From the NCBI GenBank assembly GCA_031441465.1, contig JANOEP010000010.1:167986-231985 (forward strand): 64,000 bases of DNA, written 5' to 3'. The notes beneath the pieces were generated by a model, which worked only from the letters and a program-made list of their open reading frames with translations, ran no database searches and was not told the origin of the DNA. This document shows, piece after piece, positions 21,514 to 35,325 of the stretch; the stretch's first letter is position 1, and each line of letters starts with the position of its first letter. This stretch comes from a bacterium. GTDB taxonomy: Bacteria; Krumholzibacteriota; Krumholzibacteriia; LZORAL124-64-63. A program made the position numbers and the translations under genes.

Positions 21514-23072
21514 TGGGCCACGAAGCCGGCGATCCGCTTCACCACGCCCTTGGCGCACTCCGGCGCCGGCGTCCCACCCGCAGCCGGCACCTCCTGCAGG
21601 CAATGGTTCAACCCGGCCGCCACCGTGCAGGCCACCTTCAGGTGGCCCTGCTCGTTGAGCCAGGTCTTCAGCGCCGACGCTTCCGTGGACGGGACCACGT
21701 CGTCGCGATCACCGTGCAGCAGCATCACCGGCAGGCCCGCCGCCAGCAGGGGCGGGCGCGGGTCGCGGGCGAGGAACGAGGCGAGCCAGGGGGCGTCCGC
21801 CGGACGCGGCTGCGCGGCGTGGAGTTCCGCGCCGGGCGAGGTCACCGCCCCCACGAGGATCAACCCTTTCAGGGGGCCTCCGGCCTGCGCGCAGAGGGCG
21901 GCCGCCTCCCCCGCCAGCAGGCCTCCCTCGCCGTGGGTCAGCAGCAGGATCTTCGCGGGATCCACCCCGGCGGCCGCGCCCAGCGCGGCGGCGGCGGCGG
22001 CCGCGTCGCGGGCCATCGCTTCGAGCGCCAGCACGCCGTCGGCGGGCGGGCGCGGCTCGTAACGCAGCGTGGCGATGCCGGAGGCGGCGAGTTCCGCCGC
22101 CAGGTGCGCGTAGAATTTGAAATCGCCGGACGCGGCGTCGCGGCCCGACTGCGCCGGACCGGCGACGAGCACCACCCCGGCGACGGGTCCGGCCCCCGGC
22201 GCCTTGGCACCCGGCGCCTTGGCGGCCGCGTCCTTGCCCGGCGGCGGCATCGTCAGGGTGGCGGCGAGCGCGAGGCCGTCGCTGACGACCGTCGTCTCGG
22301 CGCCGCCGGGACCGGCGACGGCGCCGGCCCCCGGCGTGCCGCCCGTGGCCATGACCCGCCCCTGGGGCGTCTCGACGCCGAAGAAACTGCCGTCCGGGTG
22401 CTGGTGGATCTTCATCACGACCGGTTGTTTCAGATCCTTGTGCGTGATCGTCAGCTCGAAACTGCGCACGGGCACCTCGACCCCCTTCTGCGCGATCGTC
22501 CCGTTCCCCAGCCCCCGCACGGCCAAATCCAGCTTTTGATACCCGTTGGTGGCCGCGAAGGTCGCCGTGTACGTAGCGGCGTCCCGGGACGAGAGCAGGT
22601 CGCTAAGAGCCATCAGCGCCGGCGCCGCCCCCTGCGGCAGGTAGACGGTCTGTGCGGCCAGCTTCTCGGCCGGCACGGGCATCTTCATGCCGTTCACCGT
22701 GGCCGACACCTCGGGCTTCCCGTCCGGCACGTGGACGCTCACGATCTCGAGTTCCTGCTCGGGCGTCTTCACCCAGGAGGACGCGCGCACGAAGCTGCGC
22801 AGGTCGGGTGTCATCTCCAGGGTCCACTTCAGGCTCGTGGTGCCCCGGATGGTGCCACCGCCGCGGTAGGAGACGCGCCCGTCCGCGTGCACGGTCCGGA
22901 CGGCGGACATCCAACCGGCGGTGGCGCCCTCGGCTTCGACCAGGAAGTGGAGGGAATCGACGGGCGCCTTCCCGGGCCAGGCCGCGGAGGCGCGCATCGC
23001 CGGCCCGCACAGGCCCATCGCGAGCAGCAGCAACAGGGAACTGGTTCGCGCGAAGCGGCGGGTTCGGCTCAT
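21501..23072 (-). CDS. Secreted alpha/beta-hydrolase-fold protein with N-terminal beta-rich domain; nucleophile Ser apparently missing
   Basis: Signal peptide; LLLTHGEGG at the elbow, HGDRDDVV, GLNHCL. Confidence 0.75.
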   Translation of the reverse strand: MSRTRRFARTSSLLLLLAMGLCGPAMRASAAWPGKAPVDSLHFLVEAEGATAGWMSAVRTVHADGRVSYRGGGTIRGTTSLKWTLEMTPDLRSFVRASSWVKTPEQELEIVSVHVPDGKPEVSATVNGMKMPVPAEKLAAQTVYLPQGAAPALMALSDLLSSRDAATYTATFAATNGYQKLDLAVRGLGNGTIAQKGVEVPVRSFELTITHKDLKQPVVMKIHQHPDGSFFGVETPQGRVMATGGTPGAGAVAGPGGAETTVVSDGLALAATLTMPPPGKDAAAKAPGAKAPGAGPVAGVVLVAGPAQSGRDAASGDFKFYAHLAAELAASGIATLRYEPRPPADGVLALEAMARDAAAAAAALGAAAGVDPAKILLLTHGEGGLLAGEAAALCAQAGGPLKGLILVGAVTSPGAELHAAQPRPADAPWLASFLARDPRPPLLAAGLPVMLLHGDRDDVVPSTEASALKTWLNEQGHLKVACTVAAGLNHCLQEVPAAGGTPAPECAKGVVKRIAGFVAQCTR

Positions 23073-23163
23073 GACGGACCTCCGGAGGGGGGGACGGCGA
23101 CGGTCGCGGGGCGGCGGCCCTGCGGTGCGCCCGCGGTCAGCAAAGGGGATCGCCGTGCGAGCG

Positions 23164-23961
23164 TCAAGCAAGGATCGGGCGCGGGCGACGGCCGGCCGCG
23201 GCCCCGAGCAACGCCGCGCCCTTGAGCGTCCAGAGCGGGTCCCGCCGCCAGCGTTCGGTCCCGGGGAAGAACGTCGCGGCGTCGCCGAGCAGGCCGGCCT
23301 GCCCGCCGGTCAGCACGACGTCCAGGGGGCCGTGGCGCGCCACGAGGGCGAGCGCAGTCCCGACCACGCCGTGGGCGCCGACGAGGTAGCAACCGGCGAC
23401 CAGGGCGCCGTGGGTTTCGGGACACGGGTCGGCCGGGCTAGGCTTCGGCACGACCGGGTGCAGGCGCGCGGCCCGCTCCCCCAGCGCACCGGCGGCGAGC
23501 GCCGCGCCGGGCGCGATCAACCCGCCGACGAAGACGCCCGCCCGCAGGACGTTGAACGTGGTGGCGGTGCCCATGTCCACCACCAGCGCGTCGCGCTGGC
23601 CGGCGCCGGCCGCGGCCGCCAGGTCGCAAAACCGGTCCGCGCCCGTGGCGGCCGGCTCGACCAGCGCCAACGCGTAGGGCAACGGCGCGGTATGGTCGGC
23701 GGCGACGGCGTCCGGCAGCCCCGCCAGCAGCACGGCGGTGACCTCGGGCACGACCGAAGCGACCGCGGCGCGCCGCAGGCCGTGGCGGCGCGCGAACGCG
23801 GCGAGCCCGTCGAGCAACTGCTCCCGCCCGGCGCTGTCGCGCGGCGTGGGCAGGTGCAGGAGTTCCGCGAAACGAATGTCGTCGGTGGCGTTAGCTCCCG
23901 CCGGCGACCAGGCGGCCGCGCTGGTGCGGGTGTTGCCGACATCCACCACGAGCATGGTCAT
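23164..23961 (-). CDS. coaX: Type III pantothenate kinase
   Basis: VVDVGNT, ASVVP, GADR, VVDMGTATT, GGLIAPG, LTGG. Confidence 0.9.
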   Translation of the reverse strand: MTMLVVDVGNTRTSAAAWSPAGANATDDIRFAELLHLPTPRDSAGREQLLDGLAAFARRHGLRRAAVASVVPEVTAVLLAGLPDAVAADHTAPLPYALALVEPAATGADRFCDLAAAAGAGQRDALVVDMGTATTFNVLRAGVFVGGLIAPGAALAAGALGERAARLHPVVPKPSPADPCPETHGALVAGCYLVGAHGVVGTALALVARHGPLDVVLTGGQAGLLGDAATFFPGTERWRRDPLWTLKGAALLGAAAGRRPRPILA

Positions 23962-24863
23962 CCCCTCCCCGGTCCCGGCGACGACGCCGCCCCGAGTCCG
24001 AGCACGTGCACGTCCCCGGCCAGCGCCGTCGAGACTCGCCCGTCGCTGTGGCGCAGCAGCAACGCCCCGGTGTCGTCGATCCCGATCGCCAGGCCTTCGC
24101 GGCGTTCGCCGCCGCTGGTCAGGACGACGCGGCGGCCGGCCAGTTCGTCGACGCGGTCGTAGTCGTTGCGATCCTCGTCCCAGCCCTTGCTCAGGAAGCG
24201 TTCCAGCCCGGCCTCCCAACGGCGCAGCACGGCGCCCGCCAGATCGCCCAGCGTTTCCCAGCGCGCGGGGTCCGGGGGCAGGACCGCGGCCCGCCCGCGC
24301 ACGTCGGGCGGGAGATCCGGCGGCAGGCGGCCGACGTTCAGGCCGAGGCCCGCCACCAGACGGGGGCGCGGCGTCAGGACCATGAAGTCCAGCAGGATGC
24401 CGCCGAGTTTGCGGCCGCCCAGGAACACGTCGTTGGGCCACTTCAGGCGCACGGGCAGGCCCGTCAGTTCCTCCAGCGCGAGGACCGCGGTCAGGCCCGT
24501 CCAGACCGCCAGGCCGGCGACCGGAGGCGCGGGCACCGGGTCGATGTTCCACGACATGAGCAGCCCGCCCTGCCCGTGCCAACGGCGCCCGAGACGGCCG
24601 CGCCCGGCGGTCTGGCGGCGAGCGACCGCCACGCTGCCCGGCCGGGCGTCGAGGGGCGGTTGCAGCGACTGGCGCTGCCCGGCCTGCCACCCCCAGCCGT
24701 CCCAGCGGCAGAGCCGGCCGGTCGCCGGCGCGCCGCGTCCGAGCAGGAAGTCGCTGGTCGAGCCCACCTCCTCGAGCACGTAGAGGAAGCCGCCCGCGGT
24801 CCGGTCGGGGCCGGGATCGAAGCTCGTCAGGCCGAACCAGTCGCGACCGACATAGGGGATCAC
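23958..24863 (-). CDS. birA: Biotin--[acetyl-CoA-carboxylase] ligase
   Basis: QTAGRGRLGRRW, LKWPNDV, RKLGGIL, GLGLNV. Confidence 0.92.
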   Translation of the reverse strand: MIPYVGRDWFGLTSFDPGPDRTAGGFLYVLEEVGSTSDFLLGRGAPATGRLCRWDGWGWQAGQRQSLQPPLDARPGSVAVARRQTAGRGRLGRRWHGQGGLLMSWNIDPVPAPPVAGLAVWTGLTAVLALEELTGLPVRLKWPNDVFLGGRKLGGILLDFMVLTPRPRLVAGLGLNVGRLPPDLPPDVRGRAAVLPPDPARWETLGDLAGAVLRRWEAGLERFLSKGWDEDRNDYDRVDELAGRRVVLTSGGERREGLAIGIDDTGALLLRHSDGRVSTALAGDVHVLGLGAASSPGPGRG

Positions 24864-25756
24864 GCGGCCCCTCCCCGCGGTGCGAAATCGAGCCCCAGAT
24901 CCCAGGCGGGAGCCGAGTGCGTGAGGCGCCCCACCGACACCGCGTCCACGCCGGCGCCGGCGAAGGCGCCGACGGTCGCGAGGTCCACGTTGCCGCTGGC
25001 CTCCAGGCGCGTGACCCGACCGGCGGCGGGTCCCGCGTCGCGCCGGCGCACGGCCTCGGCCGCGAGGGCGGGGTCGAAGTTGTCCAGGAGGATCCACTCC
25101 ACGCCCAGCGGCAGCGTCTCGTCCAGCTGCACGAGCGTGTCGACCTCCACCTCGACGGCGAGGTCGGGGAAATCCGCCCGGGCCCGGGCCACGAGGTCCG
25201 CGAGCGGCGCCGCGCGCGCCGCCCAGTGGTTGTCCTTCAGCAGGATGCGGTCGTGCAGGCCGAAGCGGTGGTTCGCGCCGCCGCCGCAGCGGACCGCGTA
25301 CTTGTCGAGCAGGCGGAACCCGGGCAGGGTCTTGCGCGTGTCCAGCACCGCGCAACGCGTGCCCGCCACCCGGTCGACGTACTGGGCGGTCAGGGTGGCG
25401 ACGCCGCCGAGGTGCTGCAGGAAATTCAGCGCCGTGCGCTCGCCGGTCAGGATGGACGCCGCCGGCCCGCTGATCCGGGCGAGGCGCCGCCCCGCCGCGA
25501 CGCGGTCGCCGTCGGCGGCGAGCGGCTCGACGGTCACGGCCGGGGACAGGCGCCGGAAGAGGCCGGGCAGCAGCGGCAGGCCGGCGACGACGCCGTCGCG
25601 GCGAGCGACGATCCAGCCTTCGGCGCGCAGGTCCGGCGCGACGGCGACGGCGGTGGTGGCATCGCCCGCGCCCACATCCTCGGCGAGGCTCGCGTCCAGC
25701 AACGTCTCGAGCCAGGCGCCGTGGGGGAAGCCGAAATCGACGTGTCGCTCCGACAT
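24860..25756 (-). CDS. nadC: Nicotinate-nucleotide diphosphorylase (carboxylating)
   Basis: ERTALNFL, DTRKTLPG, NHRFGL, KDNH, LLDN, EASG. Confidence 0.95.
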   Translation of the reverse strand: MSERHVDFGFPHGAWLETLLDASLAEDVGAGDATTAVAVAPDLRAEGWIVARRDGVVAGLPLLPGLFRRLSPAVTVEPLAADGDRVAAGRRLARISGPAASILTGERTALNFLQHLGGVATLTAQYVDRVAGTRCAVLDTRKTLPGFRLLDKYAVRCGGGANHRFGLHDRILLKDNHWAARAAPLADLVARARADFPDLAVEVEVDTLVQLDETLPLGVEWILLDNFDPALAAEAVRRRDAGPAAGRVTRLEASGNVDLATVGAFAGAGVDAVSVGRLTHSAPAWDLGLDFAPRGGAA

Positions 25757-25763
25757 GATCCTC

Positions 25764-27794
25764 CTAACCCGACCGCAGTTCCGGGAGGCCCCACTGGGCG
25801 CGCAGGTCCTCGAGCCGGTCGCGCAGCTCGGCGGCCAGTTCGAAGTCCAGCGCGGCGGCGGCGGCGGCCTCCATCCCGGCCTCCAGCATCTCGACGATCT
25901 CGCGCGGGCTCTGCGGCAGGGCGCCGGCGAGCGCGCCGAGCGACGGGACGGCGGCGTCCCGGGCCCGCGACGCCCCCCCGCGCGTCTCCTCCCCCGCCGC
26001 CAGCGTGGCCTGCAGGATCTCCGCGCGCGTCTTGAGGATCGTCCGCGGCGTGATGCCGTGTTCCGTGTTGTAGGCGATCTGCTTGGCGCGGCGGCGCTCC
26101 ATCTCCCCGATCGCCCGCCGCATCGAGTCGGTCATCCTGTCGGCGTACATCACGACGCGGCCCTCGGCGTTGCGCGCGGCGCGGCCGGCGGTCTGGATCA
26201 GCGAGCGCTCCGAGCGCAGGAACCCTTCGCGGTCGGCGTCCAGCACGGCCACCAGCGCCACCTCCGGCAGGTCCAGACCCTCGCGCAGCAGGTTGACCCC
26301 CACCAGCACGTCGCAGTCGCCGAGGCGCAGCTTGCGCACGATCTCGACCCGGTCCAGCGCCGCGATGTCGGCGTGCATGTAGGCGACGCGCAGGCCCAGG
26401 CGTTGCAGGTACTCGCTGAGATCCTCGGCCATGCGCTTGGTCAGGGTGGTGACCAGGACGCGCCCGCCGGCCGCGACGACGGCGCGGGCCCGGCCGATCA
26501 GGTCGTCCACCTGGTTCGCCACCGGCACGATGTCCACCGGGGGGTCGATCAGCCCCGTGGGCCGGATGACCTGCTCGACGAACTCCCCGTCGCAGGCCGC
26601 CAGCTCGTAGTCCCCCGGCGTCGCCGAGACGAAGATGGTCCGCGGCATGAGGCCTTCCAGCTCCTCGAAACGCAGGGGCCGGTTGTCCAGCGCGCTGGGC
26701 AGGCGGAAACCGTATTCGACGAGCGTCTCCTTGCGCGAGCGGTCGCCGCGCCACATGGCCGACAGCTGCGAGACGGTCACGTGCGACTCGTCGATCACGA
26801 GCAGGTAGTCGTCCGGGAAGTAGTCGAGCAGGCAGGCGGGGCGCTCTCCGGGTCGGCGGTCGTCGAAGTAGCGCGAGTAGTTCTCGACGCCGTTGCAGTA
26901 ACCGACCTGGCGGATCATCTCCATGTCGTAGCGGGTGCGCGAGGCGAGGCGCTGGGCCTCGACGGCGCGGCCCTCGGCGTCGTACTCGGCCAGCCGCGCT
27001 TCGAGGTCCCGGCCGATCGCGTCGAGGATCTCCTCGAGACGGTCCTTCTCCACCACGAACTGCCGGGCCGGGTGGACCTGCGCCTCCGCCACCCGCAGTT
27101 GCGGCCGGCCGGTCAAGCCGTCGACGAAACCGAGACGCTCGATCGCGCCGCCGAAGAACTCCACGCGCAGGACCCGCTCGTCGAACGCGGCGCGGACGTC
27201 GACGGTGTCGCCGCGCACGCGGAAGGTGCCGTAGCCGCCCTCGTCCCGGCGCTCGTAGTGGATCTCCACGAGCCGCTGCAGGAAGTCGTCGCGCTCCAGG
27301 GGCTGGCCGGTCCGCAGCGGCAGGATGTTGCGGTGGAACGTCTCGGGGTTGCCGAGGCCGTAGATGGCCGACACGCTCGCCACGACGATGACGTCCTTGC
27401 GCGTCAGCAGCGAGGACGTCGTGCGCAGGCGCAGGCGCTCGATCTCCTCGTTGATGCTGACGTCCTTCTCGATGTAGGTGCCGGTGGCCGGCACGAAGGC
27501 CTCGGGCTGGTAGTAGTCGTAGTAGGAGATGAAGTACTCGACGGCGTTGTCGGGGAAGAAGCCCTTGAACTCGCCGTAGAGCTGGGCGGCGAGCGTCTTG
27601 TTGTGGCTGAAGATGAGGGTGGGCAGGCCGGTCTCGGCGATCACGTTCGCCAGGGTGAAGGTCTTGCCGCTGCCGGTCACCCCCAGCAGGGTCTGGCGCG
27701 CGCGGCCGTCGAGCACGCCGGCGGTCAGGGCGCGGATCGCCGCCGGCTGGTCGCCGCGGGGCTCGAACGGGGCCTGCAGACGGAAGACGCTCAC
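25764..27794 (-). CDS. uvrB: Excinuclease ABC subunit B
   Basis: GVTGSGKT, YFISYYDYYQPEA, DESH, GFRLPSALDNRPL, C-terminal UVR domain. Confidence 0.98.
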   Translation of the reverse strand: MSVFRLQAPFEPRGDQPAAIRALTAGVLDGRARQTLLGVTGSGKTFTLANVIAETGLPTLIFSHNKTLAAQLYGEFKGFFPDNAVEYFISYYDYYQPEAFVPATGTYIEKDVSINEEIERLRLRTTSSLLTRKDVIVVASVSAIYGLGNPETFHRNILPLRTGQPLERDDFLQRLVEIHYERRDEGGYGTFRVRGDTVDVRAAFDERVLRVEFFGGAIERLGFVDGLTGRPQLRVAEAQVHPARQFVVEKDRLEEILDAIGRDLEARLAEYDAEGRAVEAQRLASRTRYDMEMIRQVGYCNGVENYSRYFDDRRPGERPACLLDYFPDDYLLVIDESHVTVSQLSAMWRGDRSRKETLVEYGFRLPSALDNRPLRFEELEGLMPRTIFVSATPGDYELAACDGEFVEQVIRPTGLIDPPVDIVPVANQVDDLIGRARAVVAAGGRVLVTTLTKRMAEDLSEYLQRLGLRVAYMHADIAALDRVEIVRKLRLGDCDVLVGVNLLREGLDLPEVALVAVLDADREGFLRSERSLIQTAGRAARNAEGRVVMYADRMTDSMRRAIGEMERRRAKQIAYNTEHGITPRTILKTRAEILQATLAAGEETRGGASRARDAAVPSLGALAGALPQSPREIVEMLEAGMEAAAAAALDFELAAELRDRLEDLRAQWGLPELRSG

Positions 27795-27802
27795 CACGGT
27801 TC

Positions 27803-28920
27803 CTAACGGTCCAGCAACGAGCGGTCCAGGACCCACTCGCGTCCGACGAGGCGGGTGGGGATGGGCAGGGGCCGGCCGTTGAGCGTGACGGTGACGTCTT
27901 CGGCGGCCGCGAGCTTCAGGAGGAAATGGTCGCGCGCGCCCCAGTAGGAGACGCTGCGCCAGCCGAGCGGGTAGACGACGCCCGCGACCACGCCATCCGC
28001 CGGCAGGCCCGCCGGTCGGGCGAGCCACACCACGTTCGCGGCGTTGCGCTGACCGTCGGCGCCCACCGCGTAATCGACGCGGCCCCGCGTCACAACGCGC
28101 AGCACCAGAGGCCAGCGCGCGCCGTCGGCGAAGGCCAGGTTCCGGTCGCCCGCGGGCAAGTCGGCCAGGGCGGCCAATTCGTCGGCCGAGGGGACGACCA
28201 CGCGGGCCTGCACGACGGGCGGCGGCGGGCCCAGGGAGTCCGCCGTCGCGACGGCGACGCTGTCGGGCGAGGCAGCGAGACCGCTGTCGGCGTCGGCGAA
28301 CGGCGTCGCCCGGAGATCGACGAGCGAGGTGTCGGCGAGCGCGGTATCGGCCGCGGCCCGGCTCGTCAGCGGGCTCCAGACCTCGCGCAGGGAATCCCCG
28401 AGCACGTCCCGCCGCTGCCGTCCGGGATCGGCGTCCGTCGCGGCAGCCGCCACGCCGCCGTCGTCCTGGCCGCCGCCGTCCTGGCCGCCGCCGCCGCCGC
28501 CCGCGATCCGGACGATCGCCACGACGACCAGCACCACCGCCAGCGCGACCGCCGCCAGCAGGACGACCCGGCGCCAAGGGAAGGCGGCCGCGTGGCGGAC
28601 CTCGGTCTCCTGGGCCCAGATCGGCCCGGCGGCGGGAACCACGGCCTCCGCGGGGCGGCGGCTGTCGTAGGCGGCCAGCAGGTCGTGAGGGTCCAGGTCC
28701 AGGGCCTCGGCGCACGAACGCAGGAAGCTGCGCACGTACAGCGGGCCCGAGAGCTGTTCGTGGTCGTCGGCCTCGAGCGCCCGCAGCTGGCTGACCGGGA
28801 TGCGCGTGGCGGCCGCGAGATCGGACAGCGACAGCCCCGACGCCTCGCGGGCCGCGCGCACCATGGCGCCCGGGGTCGTCGAGGTGGGACGGTCGTTCTC
28901 CACGGCGGGCTCCTCGGGTT

Positions 28921-28924
<4 letters not shown>
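27803..28924 (-). CDS. RodZ-like HTH-TM protein
   Basis: N-terminal HTH (REASGLSLSDLAAATRI...YVRSFLRS), one TM segment, periplasmic C-terminal domain. Confidence 0.8.
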
Positions 28925-31692
<2,768 letters not shown>

Positions 31693-31942
31693 GTGGTCTC
31701 CAGGCTGCGATCGGGGATGCGGGTTGGACCGGGGCGCCGCCGCCGGGCCGGAACTGCGCAGTGTAAACAGGGCTGCGGGGCGGGTCAACCTGCGAGGTGG
31801 CCGGCGACGGCCCCAGCCGGCCCACTCCCGCCGGGAACCGGGCGCATTCCGGGGCTGACGGCCTCCGGCCGGTCGTGCTAGGATGCCCGACCCGATCGGC
31901 CGGAACCGCCGCGGCACCGCCCCCTACGCGAACGGAGCAAGC

Positions 31943-32683
31943 ATGGAATGGCTCGCCGACCCCCAGGCCTGGATCGCCCTGCTGACCCTGACCGTGCTGG
32001 AAATCGTGCTGGGGATCGACAACATCATCTTCGTCTCGATCCTGTCGGGCCGGCTGCCGCCGCATCAGCGCGCGCGCGGACGCACCATCGGCCTGGCCGG
32101 GGCCATGCTGACGCGCATCCTGCTGCTGGCCTCGCTGGCCTGGATCGCGCACCTGACGGTGGAACTCTTCACGGTCGCGGGGCACGCGATCACCGCGCGC
32201 GATCTCGTGCTGGTGGGAGGCGGGCTCTTCCTGCTGGCGAAGGCGACGTTCGAAATCCACCACAGCCTCGAAGGCGAGCCGGAGCACGGCGGGAGCCACC
32301 GGACCGCCTCCTTCGCCTCGGTGATCGCCCAGATCATGGTCCTGGACCTCGTGTTCTCGCTCGACTCGGTGATCACCGCCATCGGCATGGCCGAGCATCT
32401 GGCGGTGATGATCACGGCCGTGGTCGTCGCCGTCGCGGTCATGATGTTGGCCGCGGGACCCATCTCGCACTTCGTCGAAGCGCACCCCACGGTCAAGATG
32501 CTGGCCCTGAGCTTCCTGCTGCTGGTGGGCATGTCCCTGGTGGCCGAGGGTTTCGGTCAGCACCTGAACAAGGGCTACATCTACTTCGCGATGGGTTTCT
32601 CGGTCCTGGTCGAGATGCTCAACCTGCGCCTGCACGGCCGCGTGGCGGGCCGTCCCGTGCAGCTGCGCAAGTCCGAACCGTAG
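31943..32683 (+). CDS. TerC family membrane protein
   Basis: LEIVLGIDN, DLVFSLDSVITAIG, KGYIYFAMGFS. Confidence 0.93.
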   Translation: MEWLADPQAWIALLTLTVLEIVLGIDNIIFVSILSGRLPPHQRARGRTIGLAGAMLTRILLLASLAWIAHLTVELFTVAGHAITARDLVLVGGGLFLLAKATFEIHHSLEGEPEHGGSHRTASFASVIAQIMVLDLVFSLDSVITAIGMAEHLAVMITAVVVAVAVMMLAAGPISHFVEAHPTVKMLALSFLLLVGMSLVAEGFGQHLNKGYIYFAMGFSVLVEMLNLRLHGRVAGRPVQLRKSEP

Positions 32684-32765
32684 CCCGGGCTGACGGCCCC
32701 CGGGCCGCGATCGCGTCCTTCCTACGGCGGGTACCCTCTGCTATGCTGCGGCCGAGGTGCCCGCC

Positions 32766-35325
32766 ATGCCGTCCGCCGCGCCGCCCCCGCCCGCCACCCC
32801 GCGCTCGTTCCGACCGGCGCGCCTGCTGGCGCTCTACCTCCTGGCCCCGCTGCTGCTGATCCTCGAGGTGCCCGTCGCCCTGCACGTCGCCAACCGGCCG
32901 GAAACCGGCCTGACGATCCACAACCTGACCATCCGGACGGTGACGCCCGACGGGCCGGCGGACCGGGCGGGCCTGCTGCCCGGCGACCGGCTGCTGGCGC
33001 TGGACGGCCGTGTGTTCGACACGCAGGTCGACTACCACACGGCCCTGGCCGACCGCTACGACCTGGCGCCGCGCGCCTTCCGGGTGCGGCGCGGCGGCGA
33101 GGTGTTCGTCGCCCGGGTGGAGCCCACGCTGCCGCCGCGCTCGCGGATCATCTGGAGCTATGGCTTGTCGCTGGCCGGCCTGGCCTTCCTGCTGATGGGC
33201 TGGCTCATCCTGTCGCGGCGCACCGACATGGTGGCCCGCTACTTCTTCGGGCTCTGTTCGACCTTCGCCTTCTTCCTGATGGACGTGCCCGACTGGCCCA
33301 GCCCGTGGTACATGACGCTCAAGGAGATCGCCCGCGACTTCGCGGGGATGCTGCTGCCGGTGATCTTCCTGCGCTTCGCGCTCTACTTCCCGGACCGCAC
33401 GCACCTGACCCCGCGCAACCGCGCCCGCCACCGCTGGCTGCTGCTCCCGGCGGTCCCCCTGTTCCTGCTGAGCCTCTACGCCGAGGCGGCCCGCCTCGAC
33501 CCGGCCGAATCGCGGACCGTGGCGGTGCTGCAGCAGGTCGCCGGCCTGTATTTTCTGGCCTACATGACGGCCGGCGTGGGGGTGTTCATCGGCAAGATGC
33601 TCAGCCGCGGCCGCCCATTGCGCCACGCCAAGCTGCGGATCGCCTTCGGCGGTCTGGTCCTCGGCTTCGTGCCGTTCATCCTGGGCGCCGTCCTGCACAA
33701 CATCGAGGGCGCGACGCGCCTCCCCTACCAGGATTGGTACGGTTTCTCCCTGGTGCTCGTCCCGGTTTGCTTCGGCCTGGCGATCCTGCGCTACGGGGCG
33801 CTGGACCTCGGCTACGTCGTGCGTCACGGTCTGGTCTACACCCTGCTGACGGTGCTGGTGGTGATGACCTACGCGCTGCTGGTCGGGGTCGGGGGCGGGT
33901 ACCTCGCCGCGCGTTTCCACGGCTCCGACCTGCCGGTCGTGCTGCTGACGGTCGTGGGGTTGACCCTCGTGCTGAATCCCCTGCGCCGCCGCCTGCACGC
34001 CGGACTCGAACGCGCCTTCTACCCGTCGCGGCGGGCGACCCGCGAAGCCATCCAGTTGCTGGTGCACGACCTGGCCGGTCTCAGCGGCGACCCCGAGGCG
34101 CCACGCGCGATGTTGGGCCGTCTGCACGAACTTTACCGTCCCGGGCACGTCGCGCTCTTCCTGGTCGAAGACGGCGCCCTGGTCATGCAGGCGATCCACG
34201 CCGAGCCGGACCCGCCGCGGCCGTTGCTCACCTCCCTCCCGGCAGACTGCACCCTGGGCCGTGTCGTGCTGGCGGCCCACCGCCCGGTCTACGCCGAGGA
34301 GCTCGAGGGGCTCGACACCGCCGACGAAACCGACGCCCCCACCGCCAAGCTGCTCACGGAACTGGACGTCCAGCTCGTGGTGCCGCTGATCAGCGGCCGC
34401 GAGTTGCGGGGGCTGCTGACCCTGGGGCCGAAGACCGGCGGCGCCCTGTACACGCAAGCCGATGTCGCCAACCTCCATGGCCTGTCGATGCAGGCGGCCG
34501 CGCTGGTCGAGGTCGCCCGGCTGCACCAGGCCCGTCTCGAGCGGGAGCGGATGGAGACGGAGCTGTCGGTGGCCCACCGCATCCAGTCCCACCTCGTGCC
34601 GCGGGCGCCGCTGCGCGTCCCCGGCCTGCACGTCATGGGGCGCATGGACAGCTGCCGCGAGGTCGGCGGCGACTACTTCGACTACTTCACGCTGGAGGAC
34701 GGCAGCGTCGGCTTCGCCATCGCCGACGTGGCGGGCAAGGGAGTGCCGGCGGCGCTGGTGATGACCAGCCTGCGCGTGGCCTTCCGCAGCGCCGCGACCC
34801 GCGGCGCCGGTCCCGACCACGTGATCGAGGTCCTGAACGACGCCGTCTGTTCCCTGGGCGACGCAGGCCAGCTGGTGAGCTTCTTCTACGGCGTGGTCGA
34901 CCCCGCCGCGCGCCGCCGCGCGCCGCCTGGAGTACTGCAACGCCGGCATGAACCCGCCCCAGCTCCACCGCGCCGGCCAGACCTACCGCGAGCGCCTGCG
35001 CAAGGGCGGGCTGCTGCTGGGGATCAACCCCGGCCAACGCTACGCCCGCGGCACCGTGGCCCTGGAACCCGGCGATCTGTTGCTGCTCTACACCGACGGC
35101 TTCACCGAACAGACCGACCAGCCCGACGGTGTCTTCTACGGGGAAGGTCGCCTGGCCGACCTCGTCGCCGGATACCAAGAACGCCCGCTATCCGACCTGC
35201 TCGCCAGGATATTTGCCGATGTCGAAGCCTACGGGGGCCGGGATCAGACCGACGACCGCACCCTGATCTTGTTGCGGATCAACAGCATGGCAGTTGCGAC
35301 CGCAGGCGGGCATTCTTCTGGCTAA
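32766..35325 (+). CDS. PDZ + multi-TM + GAF + SpoIIE/PP2C phosphatase; apparent frameshift at 34903-34922
   Basis: PADRAGLLPGD (PDZ), multiple TM segments, VGGDYFD, IADVAGKG; after the shift YCNAGMNPP, LYTDGFTE, QTDDRT. Confidence 0.85.

Noticed and set aside
31693..31942. yybP-ykoY (Mn) riboswitch before terC, or a T-box before valS
   Set aside because: I could not find the conserved motifs of either; the region looks like divergent promoters.
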